Below are positions 54,226 to 62,671 of a stretch of DNA of 64,000 bases, one piece after another. The DNA is from Candidatus Staskawiczbacteria bacterium RIFCSPHIGHO2_01_FULL_39_25 (GTDB lineage: Bacteria; Patescibacteriota; Minisyncoccia; Minisyncoccales; Staskawiczbacteraceae), in contig MHOO01000003.1 of NCBI GenBank assembly GCA_001820095.1, positions 987 to 64,986 on the forward strand, written 5' to 3'. The translations under genes were made by a program, and so were the position numbers. Numbering within the stretch: position 1 is the stretch's first letter; every line of letters begins with the position of its first letter. The notes beneath the pieces are model-generated. The model made no database searches, had not been told where the DNA came from, and worked only from the letters and a program-made list of their open reading frames with translations.

Positions 54226-55929
54226 CTAAGCCGGTGTCATAGAGAAAGCGGAGGTAATTTTACTAGAAATACCTTGATACCATTCAGCTTCATTGGAGGC
54301 TTTTAGTGCTAAGCTTGCCATTTCGCTCAGGAGTACTTTTATATCCTGAGAATTTGGTTTATTTTGAGCGTTTTTTGCATTTTCAAGCAATCTTCTAAAG
54401 TCATCCAGGGCTAATGGTATAATCGTTGAGCGACCACCGTAATATTGAACATCGGTACGCGAAAGGACAAAGTAATGGGCAAGAGTAGCAGGATTTATTT
54501 GTGGTGCTATAAAAATTGCAAAAACTGGCTTTGTAGTATTCTTCCGATGATTACCATAATGCCGCGATACCGGCTCTCCCTCCATTTCATATTGTCGTTG
54601 CCCTGATGACAAAGTTACCTCAACTATGGCTTCAAAATCAGCATATTTACATACAATATCTGGCGTATTACCTGGTGCTGCGTAAAGTGGCGCACCGTGA
54701 TTATCAACTCGAAAGTTTCCTTCTATTGTTCCGTCATCAAGCATTTCCATAGCTCTCCACGTATTCCATTCAAGAAATAGAGCAGGGTCAGCTATGTCAG
54801 AATTACGAATCCGGTCAAAAGTATCTTGGATATCACTGTATTCCTCATAAGTACGAAGCTTACTTCTTTCTTGGCCAAGTATACGTTCGAGGTTTTTACT
54901 TAGCAATGCAGAGAAAATATCTTTAAGCTCCTCAATCGTCTTTGTGTGTAATGTTTCAATCGGATATTCACTGCTTTGCAAGGCAATATTCTGTATTAAA
55001 CCATCCATATTATCTGTGAGAAGTATCGGAGTTGTTGCTGGAAATAAATAATTTACATATTCTTCTTTTGAATCAAAATCTTGTGATTTTCTTGAAACTG
55101 TCTCAAGGATATAGTCTACATCTTTAGCTCGCTCCGGCATAACAAAAACCCGTAATGATTTTGCATTAAAAGTAAAAAGGCCTGTTGCTCTTAGATATCT
55201 TATCGAAGCATCGGCATAATCAGTATGATTGCGTTGCTTGATTCTAATAAATGATTTTAGCGAAGAGTCGTCTGATTCCCTTGTTGAGATTTCACCGCTT
55301 CTTATTTCTTCTGCAAATAGCGAAGTGAGCTCCTGTTCAAAATATTGTGCAATAAATTCTCTATAATTCACTTGCCGTCGCTCTCTGTTTTTTCGAGCCG
55401 CTTTTCGAAAGTTCTCAATTTTACGCTGGATGGTTTTATAATTTTTATAATTCGTAAGCTTAATAACAAATAAAGCAATTTCCGTTTTACTAAGACCTTC
55501 AAGGTCGCGGACCAGCCGCATTAATTCGAGGTAAGGTTTAACTGCAAATTTTCTATTTTCATCGATATGGTAGGGTGATGGCAATTGAAATTTTAACATC
55601 TGTCTAAGCAGAGTTTCCTCCGGACGGTTACCGTAAATAAAACTATGACCAGCTGGTGTCAACGCTATGACTGGTTTAAGATCAACAAAGCCAAGTGATT
55701 TTGGTCCACGAGTTATGCGATCTCTGGCACTAAAAGCTGGATCAGAAGATTGACTGCCTTCAAAAAATGGCTGGTGTACCAATGCTTCATAATATTCGCG
55801 CTGCGTTTCTGCAGTCCATTTTTTACCTGAAAAGTTTTCGATGAGAAAACGTATCTCATCTTTCATTTTGAAAGGTGATCTTGGAGAAGTTACAAAGAAA
55901 ATAGTCTTTTTGCCTGTAATGATGGCCAT
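54226..55929 (-). CDS. AlwI/BstNBI-family type II (IIS or nicking-type) restriction endonuclease
   Basis: Blocks match my recollection of N.BstNBI/PleI/MlyI: SPRSP, AFSARDR, GLSKTEIALF, DYADASIRYLRATGLF, PGNTPDIVCKYADFEAIVEVTLSSGQRQYEMEGEPVSRHY, IFIAPQIN. Confidence 0.78.
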   Translation of the reverse strand: MAIITGKKTIFFVTSPRSPFKMKDEIRFLIENFSGKKWTAETQREYYEALVHQPFFEGSQSSDPAFSARDRITRGPKSLGFVDLKPVIALTPAGHSFIYGNRPEETLLRQMLKFQLPSPYHIDENRKFAVKPYLELMRLVRDLEGLSKTEIALFVIKLTNYKNYKTIQRKIENFRKAARKNRERRQVNYREFIAQYFEQELTSLFAEEIRSGEISTRESDDSSLKSFIRIKQRNHTDYADASIRYLRATGLFTFNAKSLRVFVMPERAKDVDYILETVSRKSQDFDSKEEYVNYLFPATTPILLTDNMDGLIQNIALQSSEYPIETLHTKTIEELKDIFSALLSKNLERILGQERSKLRTYEEYSDIQDTFDRIRNSDIADPALFLEWNTWRAMEMLDDGTIEGNFRVDNHGAPLYAAPGNTPDIVCKYADFEAIVEVTLSSGQRQYEMEGEPVSRHYGNHRKNTTKPVFAIFIAPQINPATLAHYFVLSRTDVQYYGGRSTIIPLALDDFRRLLENAKNAQNKPNSQDIKVLLSEMASLALKASNEAEWYQGISSKITSAFSMTPA

Positions 55930-57380
55930 GTTATTTCTTTTTTATTCACCGATTTACCATTTGCCTGAAGCGGGTCATTGCCGATAGATAAAAATGTCTT
56001 AATACGATTTTCTGAAACATCAAATGCTTTATTAGATATATCGCAGCCGATGAAATTACATTTTGCTTTAATAGCCGCTATTGCTGAAGAACCACTGCCG
56101 AGAAAAGGGTCGCAAATAGTGTAATTATCACCAGCACTTGCCTTAATCATCATATCAAATACTTCTACTGGTTTCTGGGTTGGATATTGAGCATTGTGTA
56201 TTCTCTTTATTTTCCAAACGTCAGGTATTGATTTACTGCTTAATTTTCTCTTATTACTATTTGTAGCAAACATAATAAATTCGTGCTGTCTCCTAAAGTA
56301 GTGTCCCATGCCTACATTTACTTTATCCCACACAATTACATTTTTAACATCAAAATATTTACGCATTAAAGGCGCTAGCGAAAGTAGGGAAAATGAATCA
56401 AACATGATGTACAAATGTCCGGTATCTTTTTTAAGAACTCTTTTACATTCAGCTAGAAATTCTTTGTAATTTTCTTCAGTATCCTGAAATTCAGCAAACC
56501 ATCGACCATTCTCTTTTCCCTTATCGGCATATTTACCAACTATTCTTCCGCTATGTAGCATCAAATGATTATTCATGCCAGAGTATGCCGGATCAGTGGT
56601 TATCAAATCTATACTGTGATCATCTAACTTTTTAAGGAATCTAATACAGTCGTCTTGAACAATTCTGACGGTTTTGCCTGATGTATAATCTTGTTCATAT
56701 TTCCTGATCGGCGCATCAGATTTCAATGTTTCTGAATTTTGTTTTTTCTCGGTAATGATTTCCGGAATATCTACCCCAGTTTCTTGGATTACATCAATCA
56801 CTATTCCTTGTATTGCAACGTCGCGGCCACTTCTAAAAATCAGAGGTTCCATGCTTTTATTTGCTGGCTGTAAACGTATTTGTCCTTTTTCTTTATAAAA
56901 TTTCTTAAGTGTTGCTTCGTGGTTGTCGATTAGTGCTACCACTTTTTGTCCATTGTTGGCGGTCGTCTGCTGCCGAACCAAAACAATGTCTCCGTTATTA
57001 ATATTTTCATCAATCATACTATCACCAACAACGCGAAGCGCATAGACCTCTGATGAAGCTGGAATTTTACTTTTTGGTACTGCAATTATCTCCTTATTTT
57101 CAATCGCTTCTATGGGTTGGCCGGCAGCAATAGTTCCCAGTAAGGGAACCTTAATCATCGGCTCAGATTCATAGATATCAATCGCGCGAGCATTATTACC
57201 AGCCTTTTTCAAGTATCCCTTTTTAGCAAGAGTTTTTATGTGTTGATGAACAGTAGAAACGGCGGAAAGTTTGAGTCCAGCACAAATTTCCTCAAGTGTG
57301 GGGGGATATTTTTTCTTGCTGATAAACTTCTTAATGAAGTCCAATACCTCTTTTTGTCTTTTCGTAATTGGTAATGGCAT
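55890..57380 (-). CDS. Fusion protein: full-length LexA (wHTH plus S24 autopeptidase) joined to a beta-class N6A/N4C DNA methyltransferase
   Basis: aa 1-200 are LexA-like: TKRQKEVLDFI, cleavage site IAAG (A86-G87), GDSM (S121), TLKKF (K159). aa ~235-496 are the MTase: TDPAY (263-266), YPTQKP, DPFLGSGSS. The 3' end overlaps the endonuclease start by 40 nt. Confidence 0.85.
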   Translation of the reverse strand: MPLPITKRQKEVLDFIKKFISKKKYPPTLEEICAGLKLSAVSTVHQHIKTLAKKGYLKKAGNNARAIDIYESEPMIKVPLLGTIAAGQPIEAIENKEIIAVPKSKIPASSEVYALRVVGDSMIDENINNGDIVLVRQQTTANNGQKVVALIDNHEATLKKFYKEKGQIRLQPANKSMEPLIFRSGRDVAIQGIVIDVIQETGVDIPEIITEKKQNSETLKSDAPIRKYEQDYTSGKTVRIVQDDCIRFLKKLDDHSIDLITTDPAYSGMNNHLMLHSGRIVGKYADKGKENGRWFAEFQDTEENYKEFLAECKRVLKKDTGHLYIMFDSFSLLSLAPLMRKYFDVKNVIVWDKVNVGMGHYFRRQHEFIMFATNSNKRKLSSKSIPDVWKIKRIHNAQYPTQKPVEVFDMMIKASAGDNYTICDPFLGSGSSAIAAIKAKCNFIGCDISNKAFDVSENRIKTFLSIGNDPLQANGKSVNKKEITWPSLQAKRLFSL

Positions 57381-57498
57381 AAAGTTTATTGATGAGGTTA
57401 AATTTAAGTGCTATATTATCATTGTACCGAAAATTTTACGAAAATAGGATAGGGCAGTTTATCCACATATTGTTTACTTTTTTATAGCAACGTTAGTA

Positions 57499-57527
57499 TT
57501 GACATATAAATATCTATAAACTAAAAT
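57499..57527 (+). promoter_or_regulatory. Candidate promoter of the XRE/ImmA operon, with an 8-bp palindrome at the predicted start site
   Basis: TTGACA (57499-57504), 17-nt spacer, TAAAAT (57522-57527); TACATGTA at 57529-57536. Confidence 0.55.
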
Positions 57528-57555
57528 ATACATGTACTAATTAAAATTCAAAATC

Positions 57556-57903
57556 ATGAACAATGAATTTGGCGTAAAACTTAAAAATTTGAGGGAGAAA
57601 CATTTCCCGGGCCATAGTATGCGCAAGGTTGCCGATCTTGTAGCGCCCCAGATTCAGTCCGGTGATTATTTTTTTACCCAGCTAAACAAAATGGAATCTG
57701 GTGTCTTGATCCCCTCCGCAAATTTACTACTAAAAATATTGGATGCCTATAGTGCTGACGCAGAAGAAAGAAAAGAAGTGCTTATCGCATATGCCACCGC
57801 GGCAGCTTTGAAAAAGGTTGATGAAGTGGGACAGGCCTCAAAGCAAAATATCCATCGCGAGGTAGTTGAGAGTTTGCACAGGAAACTTAAAAAGAAAAAT
57901 TAA
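57556..57903 (+). CDS. XRE-family helix-turn-helix regulator (ImmR-like)
   Basis: FGVKLKNLREKHFPGHSMRKVADLV...LNKMESGVLIPSANLLLKILDAY. Confidence 0.8.
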   Translation: MNNEFGVKLKNLREKHFPGHSMRKVADLVAPQIQSGDYFFTQLNKMESGVLIPSANLLLKILDAYSADAEERKEVLIAYATAAALKKVDEVGQASKQNIHREVVESLHRKLKKKN

Positions 57904-58547
57904 TGGGACTAAAAATTACAAAAAAGGGTATTCCTATAGCCAAGCTTTATATTTCCGATGAAGACATTGAGTGGCAGGCCATGGCTGATTTGATTACCTA
58001 CCGAAAAAAGTGGCTTGCTGCTTATGGCAAACCACTAACTGGGCCTCTCGATGTAGATAATTTTATAAAAGAACTTTGGGGTATGGAAGTTACATATGAA
58101 GAATTGCCGCAATCTGCAGACGAGGAATCACTGGGCGTCTTTAAACCGGAAACCCAGGAAGTAATCATTGATCCGGTAGCCTGTAATCACCCTAAAAGAA
58201 TTTCGTTCACTGTCGCCCATGAAGCTGGCCATTTATCACTACACGTATTTCTTTTCGTGGTTAAAGAAGGAAAGTTTGTTGGTTGGAAAAAAGACCACGC
58301 TTCTTGTGACAAAAACTTGGAATATCAAGCAAACCTATATGCTGGCTCGTTATTGGCTCCTGAGCAAGAGATCTGCGGCCTGTTAAAGGAAAAAGGGTTG
58401 TCTATAAATAATTTGATAGCTAATCCAATTGACCTGTCCGCACATCTTGCGTCCTTCCAGGAAAAATTTGGGCTATCTAGGCACGCTTTAGAAATTAGAC
58501 TTAACCGGCTCGGAGTTCCTATGGCAGATGCAAAATATTTGAATTGA
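57903..58547 (+). CDS. ImmA/IrrE-family (COG2856) zinc metallopeptidase
   Basis: HEAGHLSLH (HExxH) motif; TAATG overlap with the XRE gene. Confidence 0.85.
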   Translation: MGLKITKKGIPIAKLYISDEDIEWQAMADLITYRKKWLAAYGKPLTGPLDVDNFIKELWGMEVTYEELPQSADEESLGVFKPETQEVIIDPVACNHPKRISFTVAHEAGHLSLHVFLFVVKEGKFVGWKKDHASCDKNLEYQANLYAGSLLAPEQEICGLLKEKGLSINNLIANPIDLSAHLASFQEKFGLSRHALEIRLNRLGVPMADAKYLN

Positions 58548-58554
58548 GTTATCT

Positions 58555-58584
58555 AAAAAACCGCTTTTTTGAGCGGTTCTTTAG
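58555..58584 (+). terminator. Possible terminator after the ImmA-like gene
   Basis: aaccgc-ttttttga-gcggtt followed by cttt. Confidence 0.45.
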
Positions 58585-58738
58585 GGCACTGAATTTGTCC
58601 TGACAGGATCATCAATGGATTATATGAGTCATAGTTTGATGGCTTAACTCATAAATCCGGTCGACTGATTTTTCTTGTTCTGTATCCATCATAACAGGTT
58701 CGGTGCCCGATAGCAAACCTAACGAAGTTCTTACTAAA

Positions 58739-59020
58739 ATGAGTATATCAGACCAATTGGTAAGGCTAGTCTGGACAAAGGCTATTATTGTTCCCGGGCG
58801 CGACTCAAGCAAAATGCGTAAAGATGCTTGTGGTGCATGGATTCATTGGGAGCAATACGGAAACCGAAACAGTCAATTTGGTTGGGAAGTTGATCACATC
58901 ATCGCTACTACAAGAGGTGGAAGTGATTTAATTTTCAATCTCCGCCCACTACACTGGCAAAACAATGCCAGAAAGTCAGATGGAAGAAGTCTCGTTTGTC
59001 CAGTTACGGCCTCAGCCTAA
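58739..59020 (+). CDS. Small HNH endonuclease (ATG 58739 preferred over GTG 58703)
   Basis: GWEVDHIIATTRGGSDLIFNLRPLHWQNNARKSD. Confidence 0.8.
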   Translation: MSISDQLVRLVWTKAIIVPGRDSSKMRKDACGAWIHWEQYGNRNSQFGWEVDHIIATTRGGSDLIFNLRPLHWQNNARKSDGRSLVCPVTASA

Positions 59021-59059
59021 CCGAAAGCGTTGAAATTCGCTCCGGCCGGAGCATTGTGC

Positions 59060-59092
59060 GTCGCCTTGTTGCAACAGGGCGACTTTTATTTT
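59060..59092 (+). terminator. Rho-independent terminator closing the island
   Basis: gtcgccttg-ttgcaa-cagggcgac followed by ttttatttt. Confidence 0.7.
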
Positions 59093-59280
59093 ATCTTATT
59101 CTTCTCCGGCCAGAAGCTTCTCCATTTGCATAATATCGGCATCCGGGAAGCGCAGCAGTTCTTCCCATTTGGTGTTTATGAACTCGTTCCACTTGGGGAG
59201 CTTTGAAGGGAAGTATCGAGTGACCAGAGAGGGTCGCAAAAAATCGCCAAAGGGGCGATTTTTTGTTACTATAAACGAAT

Positions 59281-61953
59281 ATGCAGACAAGTAGCTGGTA
59301 TTCAAAAAAAGTTTCAGATATCCTCAATGAACTGCAGTCAAACGAGGAGGGATTGAGCGTCAAGGAAGCAGACAGCAGGTTGCAACAATACGGGAAAAAT
59401 AAGTTGCCGGAGGCCAAGCCTGACGGACTTTTGATTATATTCCTTCGTCAATTCAAAAGTCCTTTGATTTACATTCTTTTGGCTGCAGCAATTGTAGTCT
59501 TGGCGATGGGGGAGACAGTAGATTTTCTGATTATCATAGCAGTGCTTACATTTAATGCGATTGTGGGGGCCGTTCAGGAAGGAAGGGCCCAAAACACTCT
59601 GATGGCGTTGAAAAAATATACTACTGCAAAAACCGTTGTATTGAGAGGCGGCATGGAAATAATGGTAAAGGACGAGGATGTGGTTCCAGGAGACGTTATT
59701 ATCCTGCAGGAGGGAAACAAAGTACCGTCTGATGCCCGGGTAATGGTGTCAAACAGCCTTACCCTAGACGAATCCGCTTTTACCGGCGAATCAACGCCAG
59801 TGCATAAAGTCTCTGAAGAATTACATAGAGAGTATTCATCGATTGCAGAACAGAAAAATATTATTTTTAAGGGAACCAATATCGTTTCAGGCAGTGGCAG
59901 GGCAGTGGTTATTGCTACTGGAATCAACACAGAAATAGGTAAAATCGCTAAGCAAATTTCAGCCATAGATACTGAAATTCCCCTTAAAGCAAACATCCGT
60001 TATTTATCGCGGGCTATTATTGTCACCGTGGTGGTTATCGATGTGATGTTACTTATTACGGGACTATTTTCTGGGAAGGGCATCAAAGAAATGTTTACCA
60101 CCGTAGTGTCTCTTTCTGTTTCCGTCATTCCCGAAGGGTTGCCCATTGTCATGACACTAATTCTGGCAACCGGAGTATGGAGGATGTCAAAACGTAATGC
60201 CCTGGTAAAAAGACTTCAGGCAGTTGAAGCATTGGGCCAGGCCCAGGTCATTGCTTTAGATAAGACTGGCACCATTACCAGAAATGAAATGGTGGTGCAG
60301 AAAATCTTCGTTGGTAATACGCTCTATGATGTCGGCGGGACAGGGTATGAGCCAAAGGGAGAAATTAGAATGGGCAAAGAAATGATAGAACCGCTCAACC
60401 ATCCTGATTTGGTTTTTGCCATCAAACACTCAGCTTTGTGTACGGACGCAAGGATTATGTTGTCAGAAGAAGGTAAATGGGTAGCCATGGGAGATCCCAC
60501 GGAAGCGGCATTGCTGGCGGTGTCGCAAAAAATAGGGTTCCATAAAGATTTGCTTGAAAATGAGTTTACAGTAATCAGAGAATTTCCCTTTGACTACCGT
60601 CTTAAATATAGAGTCTCTTTAAGGAAAGACGAAAATCATACTACGTTAATTGTATCGGGCGCGCCGGAAAATATTCTTAATATTTCAAAAAAAGTATGGC
60701 GTAATGGCGAAAGTCATCCGTTATCAGCTGGTGAAAAAGAAGCGCTAAAAAACACATTTGAGAAAATATCAGCGCAAGGATTCCGGGTGGTTGCGCTGGG
60801 AGTGCACAGCAACCCTGCAAAAAACATAACGCCAGGAAAAATATCAAATCTGACATTTGTCGGATTCTTTGCCATGAAAGACCCCCTTAGGGCTGAAATT
60901 TATGATGCCGTTCAAAAAGCATCTAAAGCCGGCATGCGGATTATTATGATTACTGGCGACCACAGAATAACTGCCATGGCAATTGCCAGGGAAGCCGGCA
61001 TTTATAGGGAGGGAGACAGAGTTATGGGCGGGGATGAGTTGGATAAAATGACTGATTTGGAACTTGTCCAAAGGGTCAATGGTGTTTCGGTGTTTGCCAG
61101 AGTTTCTCCAGAGCATAAGTTAAAAATAATCAATGCGTTCAAGGCTAACAAGAAAATAATTGCTATGACGGGAGACGGAGTAAACGATGCGCCATCACTG
61201 GTGGCGGCTGATTTGGGAATTGCCATGGGTCGTATAGGCACCGAAGTAGCAAAAGAGGCGTCGGATATTATACTGTTGGATGATAACTTTACCAGTATTG
61301 TAGCTGCCATAGAAGAAGGGAGGAGTATTTACAAAACCATTAAAAAGGTAATTCTCTACCTTTTCTCTACCAGTTTGGGCGAAGTGTTAACGATTACGGG
61401 AGCCATTTTATTGGGATACCCGCTCCCTATTCTTCCGGCGCAAATAATCTGGCTTAACTTTGTGACTGATGGATTTTTAGATGTTGCCATAGCTATGGAA
61501 CCCAGAGAAGAGAATTTGATCAAGGAAAAATTCAAAAAACCTAATAAATTCTTGGTTGATTCGTTAATGCTGCAAAGGATGTTCCTTATGGCTGTTGTCA
61601 TGATGGCAGGAACATTATTTATTTTTAGCGGATTATTCAAAATGGATTTGATAAAAGCGCAAACTATGTCACTGGTGGTGCTGGCAATCTTCCAGTGGTT
61701 TAACGCATGGAACTGCCGATCGGAAAACAAATCAATTTTCCAGATAAATCCATTTTCAAACCCATTTTTAGTGAGCGCTACGGTTATTGTAATAGTGTTG
61801 CAGTTGCTGGCCGTTTATAGTCCTTTTTTGCAAAAGATATTGCATACGATGCCATTAGCGGCGCATGAGTGGCTCTTAGCTGTTACCGTTGCCTTTTCTA
61901 TAGTCGTCGTAGAAGAATTAAGAAAGTTACTTTATCGAAAATTTAAAAAATGA
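59281..61953 (+). CDS. P-type cation-transporting ATPase (P2, Ca2+/Mg2+-type)
   Basis: TGESTPV, PEGLP, DKTGTIT, TGDHRITA, GDGVNDAPS. Confidence 0.95.
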   Translation: MQTSSWYSKKVSDILNELQSNEEGLSVKEADSRLQQYGKNKLPEAKPDGLLIIFLRQFKSPLIYILLAAAIVVLAMGETVDFLIIIAVLTFNAIVGAVQEGRAQNTLMALKKYTTAKTVVLRGGMEIMVKDEDVVPGDVIILQEGNKVPSDARVMVSNSLTLDESAFTGESTPVHKVSEELHREYSSIAEQKNIIFKGTNIVSGSGRAVVIATGINTEIGKIAKQISAIDTEIPLKANIRYLSRAIIVTVVVIDVMLLITGLFSGKGIKEMFTTVVSLSVSVIPEGLPIVMTLILATGVWRMSKRNALVKRLQAVEALGQAQVIALDKTGTITRNEMVVQKIFVGNTLYDVGGTGYEPKGEIRMGKEMIEPLNHPDLVFAIKHSALCTDARIMLSEEGKWVAMGDPTEAALLAVSQKIGFHKDLLENEFTVIREFPFDYRLKYRVSLRKDENHTTLIVSGAPENILNISKKVWRNGESHPLSAGEKEALKNTFEKISAQGFRVVALGVHSNPAKNITPGKISNLTFVGFFAMKDPLRAEIYDAVQKASKAGMRIIMITGDHRITAMAIAREAGIYREGDRVMGGDELDKMTDLELVQRVNGVSVFARVSPEHKLKIINAFKANKKIIAMTGDGVNDAPSLVAADLGIAMGRIGTEVAKEASDIILLDDNFTSIVAAIEEGRSIYKTIKKVILYLFSTSLGEVLTITGAILLGYPLPILPAQIIWLNFVTDGFLDVAIAMEPREENLIKEKFKKPNKFLVDSLMLQRMFLMAVVMMAGTLFIFSGLFKMDLIKAQTMSLVVLAIFQWFNAWNCRSENKSIFQINPFSNPFLVSATVIVIVLQLLAVYSPFLQKILHTMPLAAHEWLLAVTVAFSIVVVEELRKLLYRKFKK

Positions 61954-62537
61954 AGACGATTTTTGTTATTGCGCTTCTTATAGTAGCTGTCGGACTTATT
62001 AGCAGTATAGGTTATCTTTTGTTTAAAGATAAAACAATTCCTGTTGAGCTATCGGATCAGGCCCAAGAAATAGATAAGGTCGTAAAATTAATAGATTTTT
62101 CTGAAATTAATTCAGAATTTCCATTTTCAGCAAAGATTCCCAAAGAATTTGAAGCGGAGTATATTTCTGAATTGAAGGCGATAAATATATATAATCCAGC
62201 TTTAAGGGGAAGTAATAATATAGAAAAATCCCAGTTGTATATTAGTTTTTTTAAAGCGAGCAGATTTTTAACTTTAAGCACTGTAGACATTACCAAACAA
62301 GATAACATGATTATAAAAGGACACGAAGCTATTTTATATGAAATTACAAAGAAAGATGGAGTGCCTAATTTTGCAGGGCAGCCAGGTTGGAGAAACTTTA
62401 AACACCAAGCGCTAGATATTCGTTTAACAAAAGATAGCCCCAGTTACTTTTACTCATTCGCCTATGTGCCTGATTTAGGAGAAAAAACATTTAATAGCAT
62501 TATTGATTCTCTAGTATTTATGAACCAAGATAACTAA
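61950..62537 (+). CDS. Hypothetical exported/membrane-anchored protein
   Basis: 195-aa ORF; N-terminal TM/signal helix; ATGA overlap with the ATPase stop. Confidence 0.55.
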   Translation: MKTIFVIALLIVAVGLISSIGYLLFKDKTIPVELSDQAQEIDKVVKLIDFSEINSEFPFSAKIPKEFEAEYISELKAINIYNPALRGSNNIEKSQLYISFFKASRFLTLSTVDITKQDNMIIKGHEAILYEITKKDGVPNFAGQPGWRNFKHQALDIRLTKDSPSYFYSFAYVPDLGEKTFNSIIDSLVFMNQDN

Positions 62538-62671
62538 ATGCATCCTAAGCTAGTAATTCCGGGCTGGGATTAAAAGCGTTTACTTTTACATTTGGCAGGG
62601 ACTGTCCTCTTTACGAGAATAGTCCTTTTTTATTACCCCAAGTTTGATATAATAAGAGCGACTGAAATACA

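Noticed and set aside
58612-58812. 66-aa minus-strand ORF
   Set aside because: It overlaps the HNH gene start in antisense and has no motif.
59096-59305. 69-aa minus-strand ORF between the HNH terminator and the ATPase gene
   Set aside because: It contains the 59238-59264 hairpin and overlaps the ATPase start. It is at best a gene remnant (C-terminal-looking ...KWNEFINTKWEELLRFPDADIMQMEKLLAGEE), and I cannot support it.
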